Of a stretch of DNA of 64,000 nucleotides, positions 47,973 through 57,220 are shown one piece after another. The DNA is taken from the IMG/VR virus record IMGVR_UViG_2905894795_000003. One strand, written 5' to 3'. A model generated the notes under the pieces. The model was given only the letters and a program-made list of their open reading frames with translations. It was not told the DNA's origin and did not search any database. Position numbers and translations under genes: made by a program. Source of the DNA: an uncultured virus (IMG/VR IMGVR_UViG_2905894795_000003). Lineage: Duplodnaviria > Heunggongvirae > Uroviricota > Caudoviricetes. Within the stretch, counting starts at the first letter, position 1. Each line of letters opens with the position of its first letter.

Positions 47973-50275
47973 GCGCCGTGCCTCCGGGCGTTCTGGTCCA
48001 CATGCGTCTGGAACCATGACAGCAGCTGCTGCCCGTCGACGTGGACATTGACGCTCACCACAGGCGCGGGTTGCGCGGGAAGCTGCAGAACGGGCTGACC
48101 GCCGGGTGTTTTCTTCTCACCGTTCCAGTTCTGCAGGTAGCCCAGCGCTTCGGCTGAGGTCTGACGGGCGTTTACACCCTGATTGTGGTTTTTGAGGCGC
48201 GCCAGTTCGTCAGACTCATTCTTGCCGCTGACGGTGTCGGAGGGGATGATTAGTCCGGCGATAGTCGCTGCCAGAGGATTGCCAATCAGGCCGTCTGTGA
48301 CCAGGCCTTTTCCACCGCTAACGGCTGCACCACCCAGCGTGCGACCACCTTTAAGGAGCCAGCGCACAACACTGCCGAGACCGCTACCGCCCTCCGCCGC
48401 AACCGCCTCACCACCTGCAACCTCTGCGCCTTCCGTTACCGCGCCTGCCTCTGTGGCGCTGCTACCACCCTTGAAGATATTCTTTATTTTCTTTAAACCA
48501 CCGCCCAGCAACAAACCCGCACCCAGACCTCCGAGGCCGCTATTACTCAACGCATTAAAAGCAGAGGTGGTGCCTGAAACGGCCGTGGCCAGCGCCGGAA
48601 GTTTTTGCTCCAGGTCCGCAAGGCCATTCATAAAATCACCATATATAGCCGCAAGGCCGCCCGTCGTTTTGTTACTACCCACGATGGCCACGTTCTTTTC
48701 GCGGTCCTGTTTCCACTGCGTGCCGCCTGAGACAACCTGCCAGTCCAGGTCGGCTGATCGCTGGCCTTCAGGTTTGGTAAATTGTTCCTCACCTTCTTTA
48801 ACCAGCTGATTGTAAAAGGGGCGGTTGCGGTCAAAGTTCAGATAAGCGTTGCGGTCCTGCTGATTAGGGAACAGCTGGGAGATATGCTGACCGTGGATCT
48901 GGTCAATCTGCGCCTGAATATCTGCACGCTGCTGATCGGTGGTGGCTGACTTAAGTCGCTTAGTCAGACGCTTATAGGCCGGATCGGTTTCATCCATTTT
49001 GCTGATGACGCCCGTCACGGTATCCAGCGCCGTCTTACCATGTGCAAGGTCATAACGCATCATGCCCCGGATATCGAGCTTATGGCCGTTAATCCTGATG
49101 CGCTCGCCGCTGTTTTCCAGGTTATTACCTGACAGCGCCGCGAGCAGGTCATTGGTGTTTGTCGCCGCCTCCTGCGGATCGCCCGTACCAATGGCCGCAG
49201 CCTCAAAGATTGCGCCCAGCTGGCTGAACCCCTTCGTGCCATGGTAACCCGCTGATTTACCCGCTTCGAGTGCGCGAGGCATCGCTCGCGCCAGCTCTGG
49301 TACGTCCACCTTTCCGTGCTGAGCGAAGGTGGTCAGCACACTTACTGCTGCTGCTGCGTCGCTGTCATTGAGACCAAAGTTAACCGCGCTGGCCTGCGTA
49401 CTGGCCACCGACTCTGCATCCGCACCGGTAGCCTTTGCATTACGCAGGACATTATTCAAAAATTTATACGGCTTTTCCTTGCCCATAACGCCTGAGCGCC
49501 ACATGGTCTCAAGTGCAGAGAACGCCTCTTCGGGTGACGCCCCGGTCTTATCAACGGCATCGCTGACAGCAGATGAGATACGATCCATTCCCGCCAGTCG
49601 CCCCTTGGCGTCGCGGTCGCTATACGCAAAATTAGCCTCACGGCGCAGCGTGGCATCATAGGCAGACGCATCGTTAATCGGACCGCGCAGAAACATTCCC
49701 GCACCGATTACCGCGCCGCCAATCTTACCGGCGGCGATGGCCCCGCCACGAAAGCGCTCACCCAGCGTACGCTCCTGTCGCGCGGTTTCACCCAACTCCT
49801 TACGAAGGCGAGCCACTGTGGCGATGTTTTTCTCCTGCGCCCGCTGCAGCTCCTGCGCCGAGAGCACACCTGACCGCTCAAGCCGGTTATAGGCGGCTGT
49901 CGTCCTCTGGATCTCGCGCTGGATCTCGTGCTCGCTGCGGATGCCCAGTGCGGTGTAAGCCTCGCGGGCCGCGTTGCGGCTGGTATAGCTCCGCACCTCG
50001 GCTTCGGCCATCTCCTTCTGCAGGCGGGTAATTTTCGCGGCTGCTTTTTCCTGAGCGCGGGACATCTCAGCGGCGCTGAGCGTGCCGCTGCGGGCAAGAC
50101 GGTTCAGAGAGGCTTCGGTCTGCTGGATGGCACGACGGATTTTGTGCTCGCTCTGCACGCCGAGGCGCTCGCGCGCCTCCTGCATGCGCGTCACTTCATT
50201 GCGGATGCTTTTAATACCGGCGGTGGCGTTGTCCTTAACGCCAATGCCAATCTGCGTGTCGAACGGACCTGCCAT
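47969..50275 (-). CDS. tail tape measure protein
   Basis: 768 aa, helical, N-terminal repeated LG..SEH.I.R.I unit; follows chaperone. Confidence 0.88.
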   Translation of the reverse strand: MAGPFDTQIGIGVKDNATAGIKSIRNEVTRMQEARERLGVQSEHKIRRAIQQTEASLNRLARSGTLSAAEMSRAQEKAAAKITRLQKEMAEAEVRSYTSRNAAREAYTALGIRSEHEIQREIQRTTAAYNRLERSGVLSAQELQRAQEKNIATVARLRKELGETARQERTLGERFRGGAIAAGKIGGAVIGAGMFLRGPINDASAYDATLRREANFAYSDRDAKGRLAGMDRISSAVSDAVDKTGASPEEAFSALETMWRSGVMGKEKPYKFLNNVLRNAKATGADAESVASTQASAVNFGLNDSDAAAAVSVLTTFAQHGKVDVPELARAMPRALEAGKSAGYHGTKGFSQLGAIFEAAAIGTGDPQEAATNTNDLLAALSGNNLENSGERIRINGHKLDIRGMMRYDLAHGKTALDTVTGVISKMDETDPAYKRLTKRLKSATTDQQRADIQAQIDQIHGQHISQLFPNQQDRNAYLNFDRNRPFYNQLVKEGEEQFTKPEGQRSADLDWQVVSGGTQWKQDREKNVAIVGSNKTTGGLAAIYGDFMNGLADLEQKLPALATAVSGTTSAFNALSNSGLGGLGAGLLLGGGLKKIKNIFKGGSSATEAGAVTEGAEVAGGEAVAAEGGSGLGSVVRWLLKGGRTLGGAAVSGGKGLVTDGLIGNPLAATIAGLIIPSDTVSGKNESDELARLKNHNQGVNARQTSAEALGYLQNWNGEKKTPGGQPVLQLPAQPAPVVSVNVHVDGQQLLSWFQTHVDQNARRHGA

Positions 50276-50415
50276 AGGTTATTTCCTGCGGGAATGGCGG
50301 CGGCGCTTTTTGTCGCGCCGCCTGCTGACAAAGCGGACATTCTGGCCCCGCTGCTTCTTCAGCCAGGCTTTCGGGTCCTGAACGTGATCGAGGGCGTCAA
50401 GCACCCCCAGCAGCT

Positions 50416-50874
50416 CTATAGCACTAAGGGCGCGGACGCGGTCTTCGCTCCAGCCGTATTGTCCGAGCCGGAGGCAGGCGCAGCGGAAGTGGTGACGCTG
50501 GCGCTCATCTCTTTGCGCTTTTTTTTCAGCTCTTCGGTGGCCCTGTTCATGATGGCAAAATCACCATGGGTCAGCTCATCGTGCAGCAGCTTATAGGTAA
50601 TGCTCTCAGCCGGGATCGTACCCAGCGCGGTGAGACAGCGGACAAGCAGGGCGACCCTGAAACCACTGTCGGGGATGCTGATATCTTCAGATGTATCAAT
50701 TTCATCCCCCACGGTCGGCAGACGCAGCGTAAAGTCGCGGTGTAACTGACCGTCAAACTCGATGCCGATTTCAAGCTGACCGGCGATCGCCTTTGTTTTT
50801 GGATCAAATACAAAGGCCACCTGCTGCTCTTTTTTAACGTCTTTATCGCCGGTTTTTGCGTTTCCGTTCATCAT
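50416..50874 (-). CDS. tail assembly chaperone; -1 frameshift form predicted to end at 50279
   Basis: Position; A AAA AAG at ~50518-50526 with open -1 frame. Confidence 0.8.
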   Translation of the reverse strand: MMNGNAKTGDKDVKKEQQVAFVFDPKTKAIAGQLEIGIEFDGQLHRDFTLRLPTVGDEIDTSEDISIPDSGFRVALLVRCLTALGTIPAESITYKLLHDELTHGDFAIMNRATEELKKKRKEMSASVTTSAAPASGSDNTAGAKTASAPLVL

Positions 50875-51251
50875 TATTCCTCAATGCAGTTAAGGGCGAA
50901 GCCGCTGATGCTGATGCGGGCCTCGTTGTCTACGCTGAACTGTTCACCCACCGTCGAGACGGTAAAGTTCTGGTAAGTTTTGGTCAGGCCACCGCTGGCG
51001 GCATCTTCGGGATACAGGGTCAGTTTGGCGTCCACGATGTTTTCCCAGACAATGGTGCCGGTTTTCGGGATGACCGCCTCCAGCGTCAGGTTGTAGGTGG
51101 CAATGCCGTTAACATGCCCCTTTGCCCGTCCGGTGGAGTTCATGGTTTTCACCAGCTTGCGACCGGTATCGATGGTCGGGTTGACGCTCACAATTTCAAT
51201 CTCGGTCCCGTTGACCTCAAGCACAATCGGGCCGACGTATACGTCACTCAT
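50874..51251 (-). CDS. tail tube protein
   Basis: 125 aa after sheath; GRKLVKTMN. Confidence 0.82.
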   Translation of the reverse strand: MSDVYVGPIVLEVNGTEIEIVSVNPTIDTGRKLVKTMNSTGRAKGHVNGIATYNLTLEAVIPKTGTIVWENIVDAKLTLYPEDAASGGLTKTYQNFTVSTVGEQFSVDNEARISISGFALNCIEE

Positions 51252-51263
51252 GCTCTGCGCTCC

Positions 51264-52685
51264 TTAATACAGATAAATGGTGCCGGTCAGGATGTGCAGT
51301 CCGCGCACGACCGGGGCCGGAATGGTGGTATCGGCACGGGTGTCGTCCTGCGCGTTGCGTGTGACTGCCACCTGGTCCTTATAGGTGTCGATGTTCTCCA
51401 CCATCTCCAGTCGCTCCAGCGCATAGAGCACGTCGAGCGTCTCCGAGCGGATCTGCAGCAGACGGCGGTCGGTCAGCTTGCCGCCGTTCGGGAAGCGCTG
51501 CGACATACGTGTGCGCCACGCTTTGCGCACATAGTCCAGGGTGCGGATGGTGGTGATATCGAGCAGGGTCGGGTCGTCAATACCCTGGCTGTTCTTCACG
51601 TAATTACTGATGGCGCGCGTCAGCTGCACCTTACCGTTCACCACCTCAAAGGGTGACAGGCCGTTGTGCAGCGCCTTTTCCATCTCGGTGCGCATCGGCC
51701 ATGACGCCTGCGGGGTAACGTCCAGACCGGTCAGCACGGCATTGTCCAGCGGCTCAGACGGATCGTCCTCAGCAGCAATAATGGCTGCATACACCGCTGC
51801 CAGAATGCCGTTGCTCAGCACCGAGGCCGGATGCCAGCCCGTGGTAATGCGCGCGGCGTTACTGGCGGTGGTGAGTGTGGTGCCGGTAGCCAGCGTACCG
51901 TTCCAGCCGGTGACGCCGACCGCGCCGCGCTGCTCAATCGGGCCGGACACGTTCCCCAGATGCTCTGACAGGGCGCTCAGGGCATCGGTGGTGCTGTACG
52001 GCATCACAATCAGCGTGTGACCGGCGCTGTAAATGGCGGTCAGCGCCAGCGTCACGTCCGGGTCACCTTCACCGCCCGCCATCGGGCTGAGCACGCCGGT
52101 GACGCCGGTCGCGGTGATGGTCAGCGACAGGCCGATCTCGTTCCCGCACGCGCCTTTGTTCTTCGCGGTCAGGATAAGCGTGGTGCCTTTGCCTGCCGGG
52201 CTGTCGAGGGTCGCCCTGACCGGCAGGTCAGCTTCTGCCGCCATCGATTCATGCAGGCTCTGCAGCAGGGCATTGGCGGTGCTGCCGTTCTTCACAGCCA
52301 CGGCGACGGTTTTACCCCCCACCTGCAGGCGCACCTGGCCGGAGCTGGTCGCCGGGCCGCTCAGGGTCAGTCGCCCCGTTGCGGCTACGCCCGCCTTGTC
52401 GTCGTCCAGTGCGCAGACAGCCAGCTGAATATTGCTGTTTGCACGGATGGCTGCGGCGGCCATCAGGTGCGCCTGTGAGCCGTGACCGAAGTACTGCGCC
52501 GCCTCATCGCTGCTGTAGACGTCGGTCGGCACCAGCGCCTTCACGGTGCCCGTGTCAAGACGCTGCGCCAGAATTACCACGTACTGGTCGTCGGTGGCCA
52601 GCGTGCGGGAGCCGTTGGTGAAGTTGTAATTGACGTAGGTGCCCGGCACGCGGGTCGTGGTCGAAATCTCGTCGGTATCAGCCAT
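51264..52685 (-). CDS. tail sheath gpL-like
   Basis: RVPGTY, FGHGSQAH, DITTIRTLDYVR. Confidence 0.93.
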   Translation of the reverse strand: MADTDEISTTTRVPGTYVNYNFTNGSRTLATDDQYVVILAQRLDTGTVKALVPTDVYSSDEAAQYFGHGSQAHLMAAAAIRANSNIQLAVCALDDDKAGVAATGRLTLSGPATSSGQVRLQVGGKTVAVAVKNGSTANALLQSLHESMAAEADLPVRATLDSPAGKGTTLILTAKNKGACGNEIGLSLTITATGVTGVLSPMAGGEGDPDVTLALTAIYSAGHTLIVMPYSTTDALSALSEHLGNVSGPIEQRGAVGVTGWNGTLATGTTLTTASNAARITTGWHPASVLSNGILAAVYAAIIAAEDDPSEPLDNAVLTGLDVTPQASWPMRTEMEKALHNGLSPFEVVNGKVQLTRAISNYVKNSQGIDDPTLLDITTIRTLDYVRKAWRTRMSQRFPNGGKLTDRRLLQIRSETLDVLYALERLEMVENIDTYKDQVAVTRNAQDDTRADTTIPAPVVRGLHILTGTIYLY

Positions 52686-52688
52686 GAC

Positions 52689-52922
52689 TCAGCTCTCCTT
52701 TTTAGCGTCGGCAGCGCGCTGCACCACCGGCTCGTCGCTGTCGGCCTGCGCGGGCCTTGCCGGGGTGGCCGGTGCCAGCTGCAGGTCGCCGTCGTTCATG
52801 CGGCGGCGGTAGTAGGTGCTCAACACCACATCCACGGCGCTGCCATCCGTGATGTACTCGCGGCTGCTGTTCTCCAGCGGCACGCACACGCCCTTACGGG
52901 CAATAACCTTAACTGTCTGCAT
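52689..52922 (-). CDS. DUF2635 / gp38-like
   Basis: YYRRRMNDGDL. Confidence 0.8.
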   Translation of the reverse strand: MQTVKVIARKGVCVPLENSSREYITDGSAVDVVLSTYYRRRMNDGDLQLAPATPARPAQADSDEPVVQRAADAKKES

Positions 52923-53571
52923 CGTTGTTCTCCGCTGGCAGAGTATTCAGGGTGTCTTGAGCGACTACCTCACCGTCACGGATGTAGTCTGCGTGGGTGG
53001 TGACGTGATCAGGGTATGGGGTATCAAGTCGGCCAGCCCAGCGCACAAAGTCATGATCCGGGTCGGACTCGTCCGCCGGTGCCTGTGGCCAGTGGCGGTT
53101 TTCCAGCGCATCCTCAAACCACGCCGTGTCAAAGATGCACTCGTATACTGCTATGGCCCTGCCAGACAGTGTCTTGTTCGTGGCGGGCCGTACGGTGACC
53201 GGGCGCAGCCTCTGGATCTCCAGCCCCATATCCTGCTCTGTCAGCAGGCGTCGCACGGCCCGGATAAGCCGGTAACAGCCCGGCTCGTCGTCCCTGACGC
53301 CACCGTGACGGGCAGCTTCGTTTTCTCTCAGGCTGTAATCGGCCACCACGACGGAAAATCGCCCGGCAACCTTATAGCGGGTGCGCCGGGTGTCATGCGC
53401 CTGGCTGGCCGTGATGCCATTAAAGGTGACAAACGCGCCCGGCAGGGTGCTGAGAATGATGCCAATGTCGTCGGTCATCACGTCCCAGCTCACGACCTCG
53501 GCGACCATGCCACCCAGCCCTTCGCGCAGCCGGTTGCAGATGGCGTTCTCAATGGCGGTAATAGTGACCAT
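52909..53571 (-). CDS. gp37-like (DUF1834) tail terminator
   Basis: IENAI..RL, ARHGG, VRRLL. Confidence 0.78.
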   Translation of the reverse strand: MVTITAIENAICNRLREGLGGMVAEVVSWDVMTDDIGIILSTLPGAFVTFNGITASQAHDTRRTRYKVAGRFSVVVADYSLRENEAARHGGVRDDEPGCYRLIRAVRRLLTEQDMGLEIQRLRPVTVRPATNKTLSGRAIAVYECIFDTAWFEDALENRHWPQAPADESDPDHDFVRWAGRLDTPYPDHVTTHADYIRDGEVVAQDTLNTLPAENNDADS

Positions 53572-54011
53572 CAGTAGCAGCCTCCATTGGTGTTGCGGCG
53601 GCTCCAGAGGTCTTCGCCCCCGGAATAAAAGAACACGTCGGGCGCGGAGCCGTCGACGCTTGCGCCGTTCTCCGGGTTGGTGCCGATGCCCGCTTTGCCA
53701 CTGGCAACCAGCTTCAGCCAGGCGATGGCGTCCTCATAGCGCAGGCGAATCTCCTCTGCACAGGGGTGTTCGTTACCCGTCAGCAGGTAGCGGGCAATGT
53801 CACAGCAGTAGTCGCGCAGCGCCTGCGGTACGTCGGTCAGCGGCAGGCGGTAGCGCGCGCCGATATAGGCATCAATGCGCGCGCTGGCCCCCTCCAGATG
53901 GTAGGTAAGGCGATCCCTGTCCGGGACCGCTTTACCGCGCTGCGCTGACGCACCCACCGCATCCCGCTCACCAAAATAGGCGATGTAGTTATCCGGGGTG
54001 GCGTAGCTCAT
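53571..54011 (-). CDS. gp36-like (DUF1320) head-tail adaptor
   Basis: MSYAT, RYRLPL, CDIARY, RYEDAIAWL. Confidence 0.88.
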   Translation of the reverse strand: MSYATPDNYIAYFGERDAVGASAQRGKAVPDRDRLTYHLEGASARIDAYIGARYRLPLTDVPQALRDYCCDIARYLLTGNEHPCAEEIRLRYEDAIAWLKLVASGKAGIGTNPENGASVDGSAPDVFFYSGGEDLWSRRNTNGGCY

Positions 54012-54013
54012 GG

Positions 54014-54937
54014 TCAGGCACCTTCACCGGTTGAGCCGTAGATCATCTGCCACAGGCCGAAGCCTGCCGCCCCACGGGACTCTGCGCCAAATTTCAGCAG
54101 GCCGCGCATAAAGACGTCCGGGTTATTCAGATCCTGCTGTGACACAAACACCGGCTTTTTACGCTGCTGGAAAATAAGTGGCTTGATGGCGCGGGTGGTA
54201 TCCATCAGGAACCACTGGGTGTCCGACGTCAGCCACGGCACGACCAGCACTTTGGCGGTGCCCTTGTAGTAGTTGGTCTTGCCGTCATCGAGCCGGTCTG
54301 CCGTCATCAGGGCGTTGGCCACATCCTCCAGCGCAGGTGGCACCACCAGAATGTTGGGGCGGACGTTGAGCGGGCGACCCTCGGCGTCTTTCAGGCTGCG
54401 CATGGCCGTGCGGCCCGCACCGTAAGAGGCTTTGGCCTCAGCAATCGACGCGGCAGAGAGCGGCGCGGTGCCCAGATTGCTGGCCGTCAGCTGGGTTTTA
54501 CCGTCCATGCCGTTAGGGTGCGAGGCGGAGATAAACGGCTCGCCGTCGTAGCACGTTGCGGTAAAGGCGCTGTTCAGAAGCTCAAAGACCAGCTCATCCG
54601 GCCACTGTTTGGCGCTGAATCCCGCCTCTCTGGCCTGCGGTTCGTAGATGCCGATCTGATCGTCTTCGAGGTCGTCCCGAGAGACTTCGACCGTGGCCTC
54701 AAATCTACGGTTTTTGATCGTGTAGTTATAGACGGCCAGGGATTTGATGACTTTGTCTCCCACCCATTCGCGCATGCGCGGGAAACGGTCGATCCAGGCA
54801 TAGTCGTTTTCACGCGTGGTGGACGTGACCAGCGTCGCGACCTGATCCCACTGGCTGGGGGCGGCGTCAAACGCGTTATTAAAGGTGGTTTTAATGCTGA
54901 CAAAAAGCGTGGTCAGCGTTCTTGCGTTGATTAACAT
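54014..54937 (-). CDS. Mu gpT-like major capsid protein
   Basis: PRMREWVG, CYDG, LVVPPALE, KPLIFQ. Confidence 0.93.
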   Translation of the reverse strand: MLINARTLTTLFVSIKTTFNNAFDAAPSQWDQVATLVTSTTRENDYAWIDRFPRMREWVGDKVIKSLAVYNYTIKNRRFEATVEVSRDDLEDDQIGIYEPQAREAGFSAKQWPDELVFELLNSAFTATCYDGEPFISASHPNGMDGKTQLTASNLGTAPLSAASIAEAKASYGAGRTAMRSLKDAEGRPLNVRPNILVVPPALEDVANALMTADRLDDGKTNYYKGTAKVLVVPWLTSDTQWFLMDTTRAIKPLIFQQRKKPVFVSQQDLNNPDVFMRGLLKFGAESRGAAGFGLWQMIYGSTGEGA

Positions 54938-54950
54938 AGCGTTTCCTTAT

Positions 54951-55397
54951 TCACTCGACCCAGACGCCGTCTGCATCCAGCATGATGACCGTGCCCGCCT
55001 TTGAATGACTGGCATTAACAGCAGGCGTTTTGCCGTCTTCAGAGGCAGGTGAACTGCCATCCGTGCCCGTCACCGTGCGGTTGTCCAGCACGTACACGCG
55101 CTGGCCCAGCATGGCCTGCGTGACGGTGCCGTCATTCAGCCAGCGAAAGGCTTTCTTACGGCGGACAAGAACATGCACAGCACCATCGGCCCCGCTCGTG
55201 TTATCGACAAACTCATCGGCGCGGCCTGCATAGGTCAGGCCTGTTGCAGCCTGACCGCCGACCGCGTAACCAGCAGCGTTAATGCACACGATGGTTCCCG
55301 CAGGGATATATTCCCCTTTGGCCACCGGCACCGGCGTCAGCTCCCCGTCGCGGTAAGGCGCGTTAAAATCAGCTTTCAGTGAATCAGCGAGTGCCAT
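54951..55397 (-). CDS. putative head decoration protein
   Basis: Between protease and capsid; ends DGVWVE. Confidence 0.65.
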   Translation of the reverse strand: MALADSLKADFNAPYRDGELTPVPVAKGEYIPAGTIVCINAAGYAVGGQAATGLTYAGRADEFVDNTSGADGAVHVLVRRKKAFRWLNDGTVTQAMLGQRVYVLDNRTVTGTDGSSPASEDGKTPAVNASHSKAGTVIMLDADGVWVE

Positions 55398-56490
55398 GTC
55401 CCATCTCCTCTGCAACGGCTTTTGCCACGTCTTTTGCGTCGTGTCCGAACACGCTGCAGACGGCTAGCGACGCGTCATCCAGCGAGGCGTTACCCTTATC
55501 ATCCAGCGACATGCCGGTGGTCTGCATCTGCGACAGCGCACGGATGGGCTTACGGACGCTGACCATTTTTTCCAGCAGCGCGTAATCCTTTTTGCCCAGC
55601 TCGCGGAAGTACTCTTCCTCAGCACCCTTGAGGATGCGCCCGTCGCTGAGCGCGGCGGTCAGCAGAGCATCGACTTTGTCGCCCTGAACCTGCGAGGACA
55701 GCGATGCCAGTTCGGTGCGCAGATCGTCCACTACTGCCACCGGCACGAATTTCGCCGGATCAGGGTTGCCGCTCTGCTGGCCAGGAACGGAGAGCGCGGC
55801 AATCTGCGTTTTTCCCTCCTGGATGGCCTGGTCCTTCTCCTGCAGCTGCGCGTTGTGCGCCTCAATCAGCGCGGCGACGCTGGAGCAGTTAGCGGTTTTC
55901 AGCGCGCCGTTCTGCAGCGACTCGGTGGCGGCCAGAATGGCGCTTTCGTCTGCCTTGCTGTCCAGCCCCATAATGGCGCAGAGTGCAAGTCGCAGGTTTT
56001 CGTTCATGGGTTGTTCTCCGTTATCAAAAAACATTAATGACGCAGCGACCTGCCGCATCCCGTCGAGTACCGGCATATTGGTGAGCGCAGCATTGACCAG
56101 CTCGCGCACGTTTCCCTTTTCGTCATAGCGAAAGGTTGGCGAAACATAGCGATACTCGTCGGCCTGAATCAGCGAGGCGGCGCGCGCTGTCCACTTCACG
56201 TCCGCAAACAGCCCCTGACCCTCGACCCAGCTCAGTGATTTAAACCACCCGGAGGCAGGCACCGGCCCGGTGGCGCGCGGGGCGTTAAGGGACTGGTGCT
56301 CATAGTCAAACTGGTAATCGTTTTTGCGCTTCGCGGCCTCATCAATGAGGCTCTGCGCCAGCGCGGCATCCATGTACCAGCGCTGGCCGCCTTTGGGCGA
56401 ACCGAACCAGCCCGCCGGAAAAAGCTGTATCCGGGCGCAGTCGCTGGTTTTGTCGATGGCCGAAACGGAGGCCGTGGCAAGTTTCCACAT
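55384..56490 (-). CDS. Mu gpI-like protease/scaffold
   Basis: DYEHQ, EYRYVSP, ALTNMP. Confidence 0.92.
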   Translation of the reverse strand: MWKLATASVSAIDKTSDCARIQLFPAGWFGSPKGGQRWYMDAALAQSLIDEAAKRKNDYQFDYEHQSLNAPRATGPVPASGWFKSLSWVEGQGLFADVKWTARAASLIQADEYRYVSPTFRYDEKGNVRELVNAALTNMPVLDGMRQVAASLMFFDNGEQPMNENLRLALCAIMGLDSKADESAILAATESLQNGALKTANCSSVAALIEAHNAQLQEKDQAIQEGKTQIAALSVPGQQSGNPDPAKFVPVAVVDDLRTELASLSSQVQGDKVDALLTAALSDGRILKGAEEEYFRELGKKDYALLEKMVSVRKPIRALSQMQTTGMSLDDKGNASLDDASLAVCSVFGHDAKDVAKAVAEEMGHGTR

Positions 56491-56525
56491 CGAATGACAG
56501 TCCCTTTATTCGTTACGCTCAGCGC

Positions 56526-56572
56526 AGAATAACGGGCATCAGAACCGGGAAGCAGTGACAGGGGTGGAGTGG
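56526..56572 (-). promoter_or_regulatory. activator-dependent late promoter (PI-like)
   Basis: CCACTCCACCCC-N29-TATTCT upstream of protease. Confidence 0.65.
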
Positions 56573-56725
56573 GAGTTTCGGAGTAAGCGGTCGGATTAGC
56601 GTAAGGTTACGGTGCAGAGACGCACCGCAACCCGATTTAAAACCCGTTTAAATCGCGTCAGATGCGTTTAAACTTTTTCAGCCGGGCAAGCGTTGCGCTT
56701 TAACGGTAAAATGCAGCACAGGCCG

Positions 56726-57220
56726 TTACAGGCCGTCATCAGAATTATTCAGGATATGGTCAGCGATAGCCTGCCTGACCTCCTCATAATCCTCATCCGT
56801 GAGCGTCAGAAACGGACGCGCCGGAATTTTCGATCCGGGGTGGTTCACCTTTTTAGCAAATCGCCCGTTAAAACGCAGCGCCTTTTTATGGCGTGGGCGG
56901 ATCTCATGCGGGCGGGTCTGGCCACCATAGTTCTGGATGGCAGCATACACCACGTTGGTGCCGACCACCGCCATGTCGTTATCGTGCCACGGCGTAATGC
57001 TGTTGTGCAGCCGCCCGGAGAGCAGCAGCGGCTTACCGTCGCGGTACTTAAGCCCCTCCCATGCCGGACGGCCACCGGCAATAAAGTTCTCGTCGACCGC
57101 GTTCAGCATGATGTCCGCGATCTGCTCCATCAGCGGCGCACGCTGCGCCACGCGCGCCGCCAGCCGGTCCAGCCACGCCTGCAGGTCATCGGGTAGCGTT
57201 ATGTCAATCTCAGGCTGCAT
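56726..57220 (-). CDS. virion morphogenesis protein gpG-like
   Basis: GRLHNSI, VGTNVVYAAI, IPARPFL. Confidence 0.9.
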   Translation of the reverse strand: MQPEIDITLPDDLQAWLDRLAARVAQRAPLMEQIADIMLNAVDENFIAGGRPAWEGLKYRDGKPLLLSGRLHNSITPWHDNDMAVVGTNVVYAAIQNYGGQTRPHEIRPRHKKALRFNGRFAKKVNHPGSKIPARPFLTLTDEDYEEVRQAIADHILNNSDDGL

